Origin: Eledone cirrhosa
Lineage: Eukaryota
Length of the DNA: 64,000 nucleotides
Assembly (NCBI GenBank): GCA_964016885.1
Contig: OZ024743.1
Location: 261,578,001-261,642,000 of the forward strand
Direction: 5' to 3'
Shown: positions 49,250 to 62,575 of the stretch, in pieces
Position numbering within the stretch: the stretch's first letter is position 1
Layout of the letters: the number at the start of each line of letters is the position of its first letter
Program-made: the position numbers and the translations under genes
Notes under the pieces: model-generated
Databases searched by the model: none
What the model was told of the DNA's origin: nothing
Seen by the model: only the letters and a program-made list of their open reading frames with translations

Positions 49250-49415
49250 ATCACCAGTCAGCTCAGTCCTGTATCATCGCTGTTGCAGTATTTGTACTGG
49301 TGGACAGGTTTGTTGTTTTATGGTATATCACCAGTCAGCTCAGCCCTGTGTCATACTTGTATTGGCAGACAGGTCTTTTGTATCATGACATATCACCAGT
49401 CAGTTCAGTCCTGTG
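49250..49415. repeat. tandem repeat, about 70-bp period x3
   Basis: ATATCACCAGTCAG.TCAG.CCTGT three times. Confidence 0.75.
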
Positions 49416-50111
49416 TCATTTCCTTTATGATGTTCAGTTTCTTGAAGTCAGTCTTCACAACTTTATTTATTTTACATGACCCAATCAGAAGTGAAAGTAC
49501 AGTTCTTATGACATTTCTCAGGGCTTCACATACGAGTAGGAGTAAACGAGAAAGTTATCCTTAGACTGGAATGTCCAAAATACTTGCAACAGAGTGTTCT
49601 GAGTTTTTAACAGTTCTAAATATTATCAAAGTGGGATTATTGAGGTTATCACTTTAATTTCTCTTGAGAAAATAATTAAACTGAAAAATTACATAAATGG
49701 AGAATTGTTAAAATATTTCAAATGATCACTGTTGATGATGTCATAGGAAAGTACATTTGTTGAAATCTTACATTGATAACATTGGGTTTTCATTTTCTGA
49801 CAGAATTGTTTCTATAATGAATCTATTCCTTTTTTTCTCTTTTAATTTTGACTGATTTTTTTTGTATTTTAAAATCCAGTCCTTAACTAACTTCTTTTCT
49901 CTCTTTACATTTCCAGGTTCTAGGTTGTTGAAATCAAAAATCATTTCGTCAAACATTTTAGAATATCATTTATTAAAAATAATATATTTATATTTACATA
50001 TACATATATAAAGAAAAAAAAAGAAAAAAGAAAAAATAACAAAAAAATTCCCAAGAAGGCAAATTTTTCCTTCTAATTGACAAATTGATTATATATATAT
50101 AAATATATATG

Positions 50112-50157
<46 letters not shown>

Positions 50158-50534
50158 AATATATATTTTTAATGAATTTGTCAGTTATTCCTTTTATAAG
50201 TATGCATAGTAGTATACTCATCGAATTACTTGTCTATGAATGTGTGGAGAATTATGTAAATGGTACAAGGAACTTTGGGCAACAGAAGCAACTGAAGTGT
50301 AGAATTTGTGCAACCGTGTATACTAATTGGACATCTTGGGTCCCAAAGACCAGTGCTATCTTTTATGAATTTCCCGAACAATACTCAAAGCATGATTCAA
50401 TATATATATAACAAATAATCCTTGGTATAAATGGCTGTTATATAGAATTTAAACAGCCATTGTTATCAGTCACATTGACTTTGACACATTTTATTTTTAT
50501 TTTTCCTCTCTCTCTACTCCACTTTTATATAAAG

Positions 50535-52523
50535 ATGGAGTCTAGTGTTGACCAAGAAGTTGATGAACAGGCTAAATTAAAGTCTAGTTCATTATCCCCC
50601 AAAGTTGCTAGACCAAAACTGCCTGCTTTTTCCTCAAGCTTTAGACCATCGAAAAGTCGCTCTAAAACAGATCCCGGCCACGCTGGTGAAATCAATCGGG
50701 CTGTTCTGGAGGATAGTAAACAAAGAAAACATGGTCGTCAAAGACTATCTCGATCTCAACCATCGAAGAGTTCCCAAGCACCAACATCAACTCCTACATC
50801 TCCTGTCACTGACACACAGAAGTCAGGATTTTCTCGGAGACAAAATCGAAGTCTAAAGCTTACAGAGTTAACAGATAAATTAAAATGTGGTCCTAATTCA
50901 AATGATATTTCATGCAACATTCCATCATCCAGTGATTTGTCAACAGTAACAGCCTATGGTACTTTAAGGAAAATGCGTAATATTGAAGATTTTAGTCAGT
51001 GTGAGCAAATTTTGGACTCGGCAGACGACAGTCTGTTTGAAAGCAGCAGTTCAAGGATGTCTGAAGATTTACAAAAGATGGAATCACCAGAGGCTGTGCC
51101 ATATTACCCTCATAAAGAAACAAAAGATTCCATGTCAGAACAATGTCTAAGTAAACTGGAAAGTTCCTCTGTTTCTTCAGATTGTCTGCCTTCTCCAGAT
51201 GACAAGTCATTGGATGATGATGGAACTGGTACCAGTGAATCAGATAACAGCTCAACAACAAGTGGCCCCTATATTTACCAGCCACTGAATCGGGACTCTG
51301 AGTTTTTCAAACTTGCTAAAACTGCCCCACAACGAAGAACTGGTATAACTACATTAGCAACACGTAACAAAGTACAAGCCATTTTTGGTACTAATTATCC
51401 ACAACTGACTGGTTCACAGCAGTCTGATGAAGAGAAACGCTCAGAAGAACATTCAGGTGGCCGCCCTCCTCAACGGTCTGAGTCTGTTCACGTACCAGGC
51501 AGACAACGAAAACCTGACCGATTCATTACACGTTCTTCAAAGCATAAAGCGTCGTCAAAAGAGGAGGGCTCGATTGATAGTAATGGATTTGGTACTTTAA
51601 AATCTGAAGAAACCTCAGAAAGTGCACCATCAGACCAATGTCAAGATAATATCTCACTGTTAGCTGCAGGCAGCTGCCATTCTACAGATGATCAAATTAA
51701 CCCTGATGATGCAGTGCATTTTTCTGAATATGCAGATGATAATATTGTTATGGAAATCTCAGACAGTGAAAGATTTGAAAAGAAAAATGGAAAATTAACA
51801 AAACCTAAATCAATAAGTGACCCAAGTGCTGACAAGACAAAAGTTTTGTCTGAAATTAGTAAGGAAATCAGTTCATCACATGCACACAGTTCACCTGTCT
51901 TGTCACGTGATCTAACAGAAGATGGGGGGCCTTTACAGCAATTCCAAGAAACCAATAACCCTCAACTTGAACTAAGCCCGTATTCAGAAATAGTTCTTTC
52001 ACATGCAAGCCCTAAATCCTCAAACCCAGAACGCCGTATATCTCAAGAAAGCCAAAGATGTCAAAGCCCAGGCTTGGAATCGACAATAGAAGAAGGAGAT
52101 GAAAGTGAACAATATTCTGACGATTCCTTATTAAAACCTGACAAGCTGATCTATATAGGATCATCTGCCCCAACAACGCCTCACAATCAGTCTCCAACAA
52201 GTACCCTGGAACGTCCTCCACACAACCTCTTGAGTGTTCCCATGACGCGGAAACCCATTTTAAGAAGTATGAGTTCAGCGAGTGTCCTTCAACATGACAT
52301 GCGCATGTTCAACGTTGCAAACAAAGAAAATGATGTTGTTCGTAAATTCAGCATAAATTCTGATGACTCAATTCCAGGAAATATGAAGCCTGGTACGTCC
52401 GTACCAGAATTTGCTACACCTCTCAGTGACAATGGTTCTTATATCACTATAAGCATGCCAGATGTCTGGAAACAGAATGCAACTGTATTTGATTCTCCAG
52501 AAAGGGCTCAAGCATATGCTAAG
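50535..52523 (+). CDS. large coding exon (663 codons, phase 0) of an unidentified host gene; Ser-rich, probably disordered N-terminal region
   Basis: Stop-free 2-kb frame in AT-rich DNA; polypyrimidine tract then AAAG|ATG; ends AAG|GTAAGA; no TE motifs; no recognisable domain. Confidence 0.88.
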
Positions 52524-52799
52524 GTAAGATCCTTCTTCTGAACCTTATTCTAGCTTGATCTATAAATATATATATATATATATGTATTATAATATATATA
52601 ACTCAATGCTATTCTATAATTCTGTCTGGTTGTTCTAAATAATCTTCTTGTATTTTAAAATCCCATTATTCGCTTATTACTGTTATATGCTTGTCCAATT
52701 ATGCCCAAAATTCGAAGATTTTATTTAAACCCTCCCGCTAACTACCCCATACCCCTCCCACCTGCCCCCACTCTCCACCATTATTATTTGGACCAATAA

Positions 52800-55700
52800 T
52801 AAGTCAGCGGCTTATGCTATCACTTCTCCTGGTTGCTTTTCGATATGATGGATGGACTAAGGAATTCTGGAGAGTCTGAAAAATCTGGACACTCAGTGAC
52901 AATGCCAAAGATAAAGACAAATTCACCTCATGCTGCCGGATGAAAAGGCAAGGACTCCTCCTCCTCTTTGTTTCGGCTGCGAATGGCCAACATAACCCCA
53001 ACCCCATTCCCCTCACCGCTCCCCACGCCCCACCGTTCCCACCCACCAAACGCAATCCAAAACTTCAGAGTTGGTACCATGAATGTAGGCACCTTAAAAG
53101 GTCGCTCTAACGAGGTTGTAGAAATGCTTGAACGTAAGGAGGTTGATGTTTGCTGTATCCAAGAGACCAGGTGGAGGGTGGGTCTGCTAGATTCATTGTG
53201 GGTAAAAAAAGATGCTATAAGCTTTTCTGGGTGGGAAATGACAATGGGCTGGGTGGGGTAGGAATCATGTTAGCAGAAAAATGGGTAGATGAGATAATAG
53301 ATGTAAATAGAGTGAACGACAGAATAATTAAAATAAGACTTGTCCTAAATAGAACTACTGTGATAGTAATATCTGCGTATGCACCCAATCCGGACTGCCT
53401 GGCGCTATAAAAGACAGATTCTATGAGACATTGATGCTCACTACCTCCCAAATAACCGACAGTGACTACATAATTATTGCTGGCGACCTAAATGGTCACG
53501 GACAACATTGCGACGGCTTTGACGGAATCCATGGAGGCTATGGGTTTGGTACTAGAAATGAGGAAGGCTTCAGAATCCTGGAATTCTGTGACGCAAATAA
53601 CCTAACTATCTGTAACACTAACTTAAAAAAACGAGACAATCACTTGATCACCTATAGATCAGGGGAACACACCAGTCAGATAGATTATATCCTTACCAGA
53701 AGACGTGACAGAGTGTCTGTTGTAAACACTAAATCCCTCCCCCATGAAGAATGCACCTCCCAACATAGACTCATAGTCAGCGACCTCATAGTCAGGACCT
53801 CATAGTCAGGACAAGACGTATTCGACAACAGAGGAGGACTATCCTCAGGAGGAAAATATGGAAGCTAAAGGACCCCACAACCAGTAATAAATTTAAAAGC
53901 ATATTACTTGATGCTTTCGACAGTAAGGAAGAGCAATTAGAGTCGTACAATATAGAGGAACAGTGGGAATTCCTGAAAGTTAACCTGGTGAAGGCGGCAG
54001 ATAAAATCTGTGGCTGGAGCAGGCCTATAGGCAGGAGGAGAGTAATGTGGTGGTGGAACAGTAAGGTGGAGGAGTCAATTAAGGCCAAAAAGCAGGCTTG
54101 GAAAGTATGGCGGAATGGGGGAAGTAGAGAAGACTATCAAGTGGCCAGGAGGGAAGCTAGGAGACAAGTGTACTTCGCAAGAAGGGAAGCAGAGGAAAGA
54201 AAGTGCAAGCATGTTCTACAACGCGAGGACCAAAAGCGTGAGGTGTTCAGGATTGCTAGGCAATGTGTCAAGGAAAACCGTGATATTGTCGGGGAGAAGT
54301 GTGTCCTTAATGATGATGGTGTACTTGCCATCACTGACGCTGATAAGAAGGTAGCTTGGAAGTGTCACTACGAAAGGCTACTAAATGAGGAGAATAAATG
54401 GGAGAAAGACAGTCTTCCCCACATCGATCCAATAGAGGGACCAGCAGTGCTAGTTGAAGGTAGTATAATAAGTAAGGCAATCAAAGATATGAAGACGGGT
54501 AAGGCGGCTGGGCCTTCGGAAATAGTTGCTGAAATGCTGAAAGCATCTGGAACGGTGGGACACACTATGGTCACCCGGATAGTAAACCAAGTCATACAGA
54601 ATGGGGCTGTTTCGAAGGACTGGCGTAGCAGCAGCATCATTAACTGCTACAAGGGTAAAGGAGATGCCCTAGATAGGGGTAACTATAGAGGCATTAAATT
54701 AATCGACCAGGTCATGAAGGTCACAGAAAAAGTAATAGCGCAACTAATCAGAGTAACGAATTGATCTAGATGAAATGCAGTTCGGGTTTGTGTCGGGTAA
54801 AAGTACCACAGACGCTCTTTTCATTGTATGACAACTACAGGAGAAGTACCTAGCTAAAAGTAAACCCCTATACTTAGCTTTTGTTGACTTGGAGAAAGCC
54901 TTTGACAGAGTCCCCCGCTCCATTATCTGGTGGGCTCTTAGAAAACTAGGTGTTGATGAATGGCTTGTGAGAGCTATACAAGCCATGTATAAAGAAACAG
55001 TCAGCAAGGTTAGAATTAACAACGAATATAGTGAAGAGTTTAGCATAAAAGTTGGTGTTCATCAGGGCTCCGTTCTTAGCCCCCTACTATTTATTATTGC
55101 CCTTCAGGCTATAACAGAGGAGTTCAAGACCGGCTGCCCATGGGAACTCCTATATGCAGATGATCTAACGCTCATAGCTGAATCAATGGCTGAACTCGAG
55201 AAGAAATTCCAAACATGGAAGCATGGCCTAGAATCAAAAGGCCTTAAAGTTAACTTGTCTAAGACTAAGTTCTAGTTTGTAGGAAGGAAAATAGGGCACC
55301 GGTCCCATCTGGGAAATGGCCATGCTCAGTGTGTAGGAAAGGAGTTTTATGTCCCAAATGCAAAGTATGGGTGCATAAAAGATGTAGTGGGATCACAGGT
55401 AAGCTAACTAAGAATATAGATTTTGTATGTGGTCGGTGTTCTGGTGCAATAAGTAGCAGCAAATGCCCACAGAATACTAGCTCATTCCATTGCGCAGATG
55501 GTTCTATAGAAATAGTGGACACCTTCCGTTACCTGGGTGACAAAATCAGCAGTGGGGGAGGGTACTCTGAAAGTACAGTAGCTAGAGTCAGAACGGGATG
55601 GAAAAAGTTCAGAGAGCTTATACCACTATTGGCCGCTAAAGGGTTCTCTCTAAAAATGAAAGGCAGGCTGTATGATGCCTGCATACGAACAGCAATGTTA

Positions 55701-56472
55701 CATGGCAGTGAGACCTGGGCATTGTGTGCAGAGGATATACGCAGACTGGAGAGGAACGAAGCTTGCATGCTCCGCTGGATGTGTAATAGTAATATACGTG
55801 AACAGCAAAGCATAAACGAACTAAGGGAGAAATTAGGAATAAGAGGGATCAGATGTTGTTTACTCGAGAGAAGACTACGTTGGTATGGTCACGTGATGTG
55901 CATGAAAGACGACAGCTGTATAAAAAAGTGCAGGGCGATCAAAATAGACGGTAGCGACTGAGTAGGCAGACCCAGAAAAACCTGGGACGACTTGATAAAT
56001 TCCGACCTCACACACTTACACCTCTCCAAGACAATGTCACTGGACCGAGATCTTTGGCGTTACACAGTAATACAGAAGGCCCGCCTTGCCTAAGTACAAA
56101 GCGAAACCTACAGTCAGTAGGCACCTCTAACAAAAATACACCCCTGCCCCACTACCCTCACCCCATCCACACTACCCTCTTCAATGTAAAGTTATGTTGG
56201 TACCACAACATCCAGTCCGAAACAAATGAGGTCATGTAGGTGTCACGACAAAAAAACACAGTCCATGCTGTAATGTGGCTGTGTAGGTAACACGGTAAAA
56301 ACCTCCCAGTCCACACTGTAAACGTGGTTGGTGTTAGGAAGGGCATCCAGCGTATAAAACCCGCCAGACAATCCTATACGAGCAGGACAACCAATCTTGC
56401 CTCAAGTGGGAAAACTCCCATCCAAACCCATGCAAGAGTGGAAGATGGACATTAAACGATGATGATGATGAT
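52800..56472 (+). mobile_element. near full-length RTE LINE (APE endonuclease + RT + PHD-like finger), inactivated by frameshifts and stops
   Basis: GTMNVGTL..CIQETRW, AGDLNGH, QIDYIL, SQHRL, YKGKGDALDRGNYRGI, DLEKAFD, YADD; (GAT)n tail; 5' end may extend to about 52576 (possible low-complexity TSD ATAAATATATATAT). Confidence 0.95.
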
Positions 56473-56974
56473 AAATATATATATTTAAGAAATTTAATTT
56501 TTTTTAATATATCTATCAATTTCCAGGTTTTTCCTGCTTATTACAACGTTTGCATGTATATAGTTATGTTGTCAAACACACACGTACAAGGATGTGTGTG
56601 TGTATATGTATGTATGCATTTATATATAAAGACATTTTCATTTTTTTCACATTGTTGTATATATTACGGACCTAACTTTTGAATTTTCAATCATGAAATT
56701 TATTTTATTAATTTAAATATATATATATATATATATATGGTGAAACAGTTCATTTCTAACTTGAAAGTAGTAGTAGTAATATAGGAGCTAATAATAGCTT
56801 TAGTACATGCTTTTACCATCAACAAATACTTGTGTGTGTGTATTTTGGTGGAAGTGTTTCGTGGTAGTACTTAAAGATTGTGGCCTCCAAATATTTTGTA
56901 ATATTGTTGCTGTTTTGTTTTTCTTTTTAAATAGTATTTCAACGACTTAGCATTATTCAATATTATTATTATTT

Positions 56975-57147
56975 GGGCAGTGGTTTGGCAGAATCACTAG
57001 TGCGTTGGATGAAATGCATTGCAGTATTTCATTACGGCCTTCATTCTGAGTTCAAATCCCGCTGAGGTCATCTTTGACTTTCATCTTTCTGGGGTTGATA
57101 AAATGTAATACCAGTCATGGCCTTGTGCTTAAATTAGAACCAATTAT
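56975..57147 (+). mobile_element. diverged SINE copy
   Basis: GGCAGTGGTTTGGCAGAATC...GAGTTCAAATCCC...GGGGTTGATAAAAT; other diverged copies at about 36697-36840, 38560-38660, 40826-40950, 42685-42805, 45245-45490. Confidence 0.8.
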
Positions 57148-57784
57148 TAGGATGGTGAATTGGATGCAGACTTGGTTAAAAGGTTAAGAAGTTTGCTTTG
57201 AGGTGTAGGGTTTGATCCTGCTGTGTGGCATCTTGAGTAATCAACATCGCCTGCCATGAATTTTTAAAATATTATTTTAGAATTTTTTAATTCTTCCTTT
57301 TCTGTTTGACTTTAACCCTAAATCATTATCGTAAACTCAAACCGTAAATCCTAAGCATAACTCTGATTTTCTTGTCAATCACAATCACGCGTGCTTAAAA
57401 CATAATTTATATAACAAAAAAAAAAAATGGGCCCCCAAAATATATGGCTAGTTGTATACTCAGGGCAGACAGAAAAGAATCGTAAATAAATTTTCTAAAA
57501 ATAAAATGAAATTTAGAGATTGTGCATATTGCTCTTACATTGGCTTACTCCATGTGGAGTGGTACATTGGTCACAGTCATTATTGCATTGTGTTCTTTCA
57601 TTTAGGTGGTATCATAACGTACACTTGTGAAGTTCAGGTTGTAGAAGATACTCTGTGAGCTTCTTGCTTGTTTCCTCTCTCGCTCTGAACCTTATAGCAT
57701 ACCAAATCTCTTTCAGACATGTCATCACTTGCAATGGAGTGGGAAATTCTAATTTTGATTTCTTTTGTATATATATATATATTA

Positions 57785-57882
57785 CTAGCTGAGGTACCTG
57801 GCTTCACCTGGGAGAATAGTTAAGAGATGACGGATAAAAGAGAAAACGGCTGTATTGGATGTATTGTCTGGTTTACAATATG

Positions 57883-57966
<84 letters not shown>

Positions 57967-58460
57967 TGTTAAAAAAGCAAACGTAAAACTTCCTTATTAG
58001 GCTGGGGGATTAAATTGCTGATTAAATTGTAGCATTGGCCTTGGATTTTAAATGTTGTGAAATAACCATAGTCAGTATTATCTTTTTCAGCTCCAAAGAA
58101 CGTCATCTGAAATGCCGCATAACATTGCTTCTGATGTGTTTAGTTTCGTTAGTACTGTCTATAAGTAGTATATAGATAAAATCTACCTGGAGGGTAGATT
58201 AAGTTAAAATAGTATCAATTTTTCTTTGTTCTGTAAAATCAAAGACTGTAAAACGACTTTATAAAAGCTAATGCAATATTGTTAAACCTATAGATCAAAG
58301 GATCTATAGTTTCTAGACTTTCACGGGACGTTACTCTCTCAGAATATCTAACACTTTAATTGTATCTCTCTTTAGATGTGTGTATGTATTTGTGTGTGTC
58401 GTTTTTGTGGGATTCAACCAACCAACCAACCAACATCTCTCTCTTATATTAGATAATAGA
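57785..58460 (-). mobile_element. non-autonomous Helitron-like element
   Basis: Plus strand A|CTAG...ACCTGGCTTCACCTGGG (3' end and decayed hairpin) and ...TAGATAATAGA|T (5' TC on minus strand). Confidence 0.55.
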
Positions 58461-58727
58461 TTGTATGTTTTTTTTTGTTTTTTTTTATGCTGTTACTGAC
58501 AGGACATCATATTTCCTGGTGGTGGTGGTGGTGAAGCTGGTAGTTTTTTCTTTAGAAATAGTGAGACTACTGTGTTCTGTGAAAGGACTGATGTTATAGT
58601 AGGAGGACTGACAGATAAGTTGACTCATTCCTGTTACTGCCACTCTTCAAATTTGAACACTAGCGTTTTTTAGAAAATCTTTAGGAGAAACATTTTCCAA
58701 TGGGCAACAAATGTTTATCCTGCAGTA

Positions 58728-59597
58728 ACTTTGTAGGTGACCTCTGTCACTAGCCTGGTCACTTCTGTGTAGGTGACCTCTTTGTCACTCGCCTGGTCTC
58801 TTCTGTGTAGGTGACCTCTTTGTCACTCGCCTGGTCACTTCTGTGTAGGTGACCTCTTTGTCACTTGCCTGGTCACTTCTGTGTAGGTGACCTCTGTCAC
58901 TAGCCTGGTCACTTCTGTGTAGGTGACCTCTGTCACTAGCCTGGTCACTTCTTTGTAGGTGACCTCTGTCACTAGCCTGGTCACTTCTTTGTAGGTGACC
59001 TCTGTCACTAGCCTGGTCACTTCTTTGTAGGTGACCTCTGTCACTAGCCTGGTCACTTCTTTGTAGGAGACCTCTGTCACTTGCCTGGTCACTTCTTTGT
59101 AGGTGACCTCTCTGTAAATTGCCTGGTCTCTTCTGTGTAGGTGACCTCTTTGTCACTCGCCTGGTCTCTTCTGTGTAGGTGACCTCTTTGTCACTCGCCT
59201 GGTCACTTCTGTGTAGGTGACCTCTTTGTCACTTGCCTGGTCACTTCTGTGTAGGTGACCTCTGTCACTAGCCTGGTCACTTCTTTGTAGGTGACCTCTG
59301 TCACTAGCCTGGTCACTTCTTTGTAGGTGACCTCTGTCACTAGCCTGGTCACTTCTTTGTAGGTGACCTCTGTCACTAGCCTGGTCACTTCTTTGTAGGT
59401 GATCTTTGTCACTTGCTTTGTCACTTGCCTGGTCACTTCTTTGTAGGTGACTGCTTTGTCACTTGCCTGGTCACTTCTGTGTAGGTGACCTCTTTGTCAC
59501 TTGCCTGGTCACTTCTGTGTAGGTGACCTCTTTGTCACTTGCCTGGTCACTTCTGTGTAGGTGACCTCTTTGTCACTTGCCTGGTCACTTCTGTGTC
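58728..59597. repeat. minisatellite, 39-41 bp unit with internal hairpin
   Basis: (GCCTGGTCACTTCT.TGTAGGTGACCTCT(TT)GTCACT.)n, about 21 units. Confidence 0.97.
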
Positions 59598-62204
59598 TGA
59601 TCACTTACAATAATAATTGTTGCCCAATTTGCTATAAACAAATAAATTTTGCAAGATTCTCACTTGCAGAGGAGCAGAAGATATGGGTGACATATTCTTA
59701 TCATCATTTTACATCTGTTTTCCCTGCTGGCATAGGTTGGACATGTTTTTATGGACTAGGTCAATACTTAATCTGAACTACTGTCCTCTTAGATGGGTTG
59801 GAAGACCATGTCTTGCATAATGCATTCCATTTTTGGTATGGCTTCTATAGATTCCCTTAATGCCAACCACTTTTCAGAGTGTACTGGGTGCATTTTATAG
59901 TGCTGTGAACACTAGAAAGGTTGTCATGTCTTCATTATGATTGTAGCACTCTCACAACCCTTTTTCCTGCTTTCTATGGCTGGGTGCAATTGCTAGTTTC
60001 TAAACACAATCATACACTGATCTGTTATGGTTTAGTAATGGGAGGGGTTGCTAAAGACAAGATGTTCTTTGTGAAATACAATTTAGACTCTGATGTTACA
60101 AATGGATGTCACACACATACACACTCACACTCACTCTCATCTTTCTTTTTACTATAACTGTTTTGAATGACAGACAATGCATCATAGTACACAGGGAGAG
60201 AGAGAAAATGTTTATGTATGAGAGAGAAAGAGAGAAAGAATTCAAGAATGATAGACTAGATAAAGACAAACAGGAGAAAGAGAGAGCGGAAGTTAAAAGG
60301 TTTACAAACATAAGAGGCTAGAAGACACAGATCAATGGAATTTGTGTTATTGTGTAACCTTTGCACCTCTTTTCGATTGTTGAGGATTGAAGGAAAGAAA
60401 ATATCCAAGTTGTTTAAAAGAAATGATTTCTCATAAAAGAGTCAGCAGAACTGAGGATGGGAAGCAAACATAAAAGATAAAACAACAGCATAAAATAAAA
60501 AACTTAGAAAATGAAGCAATAACAATAATAAATTTGAGTCACTGAGGGAGTCTCTTCATGGTTCCTTGACTTACTAAAGGATAGCAACCAATTCTTTGTC
60601 AAATCAATTTCTACCTTAAAATAATAGAACATGAGATAATGTAGTCATAGAGGCACTGAATAAAAGTGATCATGGCTGGAATGCCTTTGATCATTGTTTG
60701 GCACACTCTTTACTGACCAGCAATTAATATCAAGCTGCCTGAAACTGCTCCTGGTTCGAGAATACAAAACTTTATTTTAAAGTGTTTATATTTATTGAAA
60801 TTCTATCTTAATTTTATGTAAGAAGCTTTGTTGAATTATACTCAAAACACAAGCTATTAAGTTGAAAGTTAGTTATATTACTAAAGTTAGTTATCGAGAA
60901 AGTCTATATTACTAAAGTATATTACTACATTCCTCCAAAACTTGATTATTTACTCAAATTATTTGAAATTTGGAGTTAAAGCTCTTTTCTATATAAAGTA
61001 ACGGCAATACAAGAACTGAAAACAAATAATCCTGAAAAATGACATTATTTCAGATGGTTTGACCAATTTATTGAAGAGGAAACAACTAATTTTTTTACAT
61101 GTCATCTTTTTTACAGACAAAGTATGGTTGCATTTTATCTTTTGAGTTACATTGATTTTCAGAACACACAGTTGTGGTTGTCTGATAATTATTTTCCAAA
61201 TGATGTGAACATAATAGGCAGTGTATCTCATCAGAAATCTCGTTACAAAAGGGTTAAGCATATAAGTTATGCTGTGGAATGAATCATGGTTGTGATGGAG
61301 TAGGGAGTCTACCCCCTAATTTTGTTAAAAGTTGATTCACTTGGTTTGTGCATCCCATTTTTACAAAAAGAAGCACCAAAAAAATACAATGAGTTGTGCC
61401 AACACAGAGAAAAAAGAAAGCAACAAAGATGTTGCATTATTTCACTGATCACTATCATATAAACACTACACAACTCCATTACTCTCTCTCTCTCTCTATA
61501 CTTCTCTCTCTTTCTACATTATTGTTTAGTAGTGAAATTTAGTTACCCCTCTCCTCCACCCTATACTACTGTCCCTTGCTGACCAACTAGAAATGACTCA
61601 ACTGCTTATTAGTCAGTTTCAAGTTAAACACACTCCTAGTTAACATGTCATCTTCATTTACCAGTGTGTGTGTGTTTGTAGCATGTGTAAGCATGTGCAC
61701 ACACACACACACACGCATGTGTTTCTCTCTCTCTCTCTCTCCACACACATACATATACAGGGTGTACATACTTCAATACCATTTTAATAAATATTGCACA
61801 GGTAATAAAGGATGTATAAATTTTTTGTTGTGTACACACACACACACACATATATGTATATGACATATATATTTACATACTTGTAAACACACCCACACAC
61901 ACATTTCTGTACCTGTTCTGTCAATAACTATGGAATTATGTTTATCTTAAGTCTATTTCAAATGATTATAAAATTGAGGGAAAATATATAGGGCTGTGTT
62001 TATGGAAGTAAAGGAGGAATGATATTACTTTGTGTTATATTTAATCTTGGGATGAATAAGACTTGTCATTTCTTACTGTTTGTTAATATTTGTCCATACC
62101 CCCTCCCTACCCTCAATGTACTTCCACCCATCCCCATGACTGTCTTTTCCCAGCCCGGCTGATGATACAACTTGTGCCCAAGTATTGTAGTAAGGTGGTA
62201 GCAC

Positions 62205-62575
62205 TTGTGTCTCAGTAAAAAAACACCCACAAGGTGACAGTGCTGGAGCCAAGTTAAAAAGCACCCACTCCACACTATAAGGTGACAGTGCTGGTGCCAA
62301 GTTAAAAAATACCCACTCCCCCCTATAAGGTGGTAGTGTTAGTGCCAAGATAGAAAGCACCCAATTTGTCCTGTAAGCTGGTAGTGCTGGTGCCATGATA
62401 AAAAGCACCCCATCTATCCTGCAAGGTGGTTGTGCTGGTGCCATGATAAAAACACTGTCAAGTGGTTGACATTAGAATGGACGTCCAGCCGTAGAAAGCA
62501 TGCCAAAATGGAATCTCAGAATGTGACATTCTGTTTGACCCATACCAGCATGGAAAATAGACATAAAATAGTGAT
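62205..62575 (+). repeat. RTE-3'UTR-derived element with tandem array (about 43 bp)
   Basis: Repeated AAGGTG..AGTGCTGGTGCCA...TAAAAAGCACCCA, then GGACGTCCAGCCGTAGAAA...AGCATGGAAAATAGAC. Confidence 0.7.

Noticed and set aside
50460-50534. N-terminal 25 aa of the 693-aa ORF
   Set aside because: Polypyrimidine tract and acceptor of the intron; the C-terminal VRSFF likewise lies past the GT donor
58728-59597. Palindromic 40-bp repeats as a CRISPR array, or ORFs 58785-59436 as repeat proteins
   Set aside because: No unique spacers, no cas genes, eukaryotic context; unit length alternates 39/41 and breaks frame
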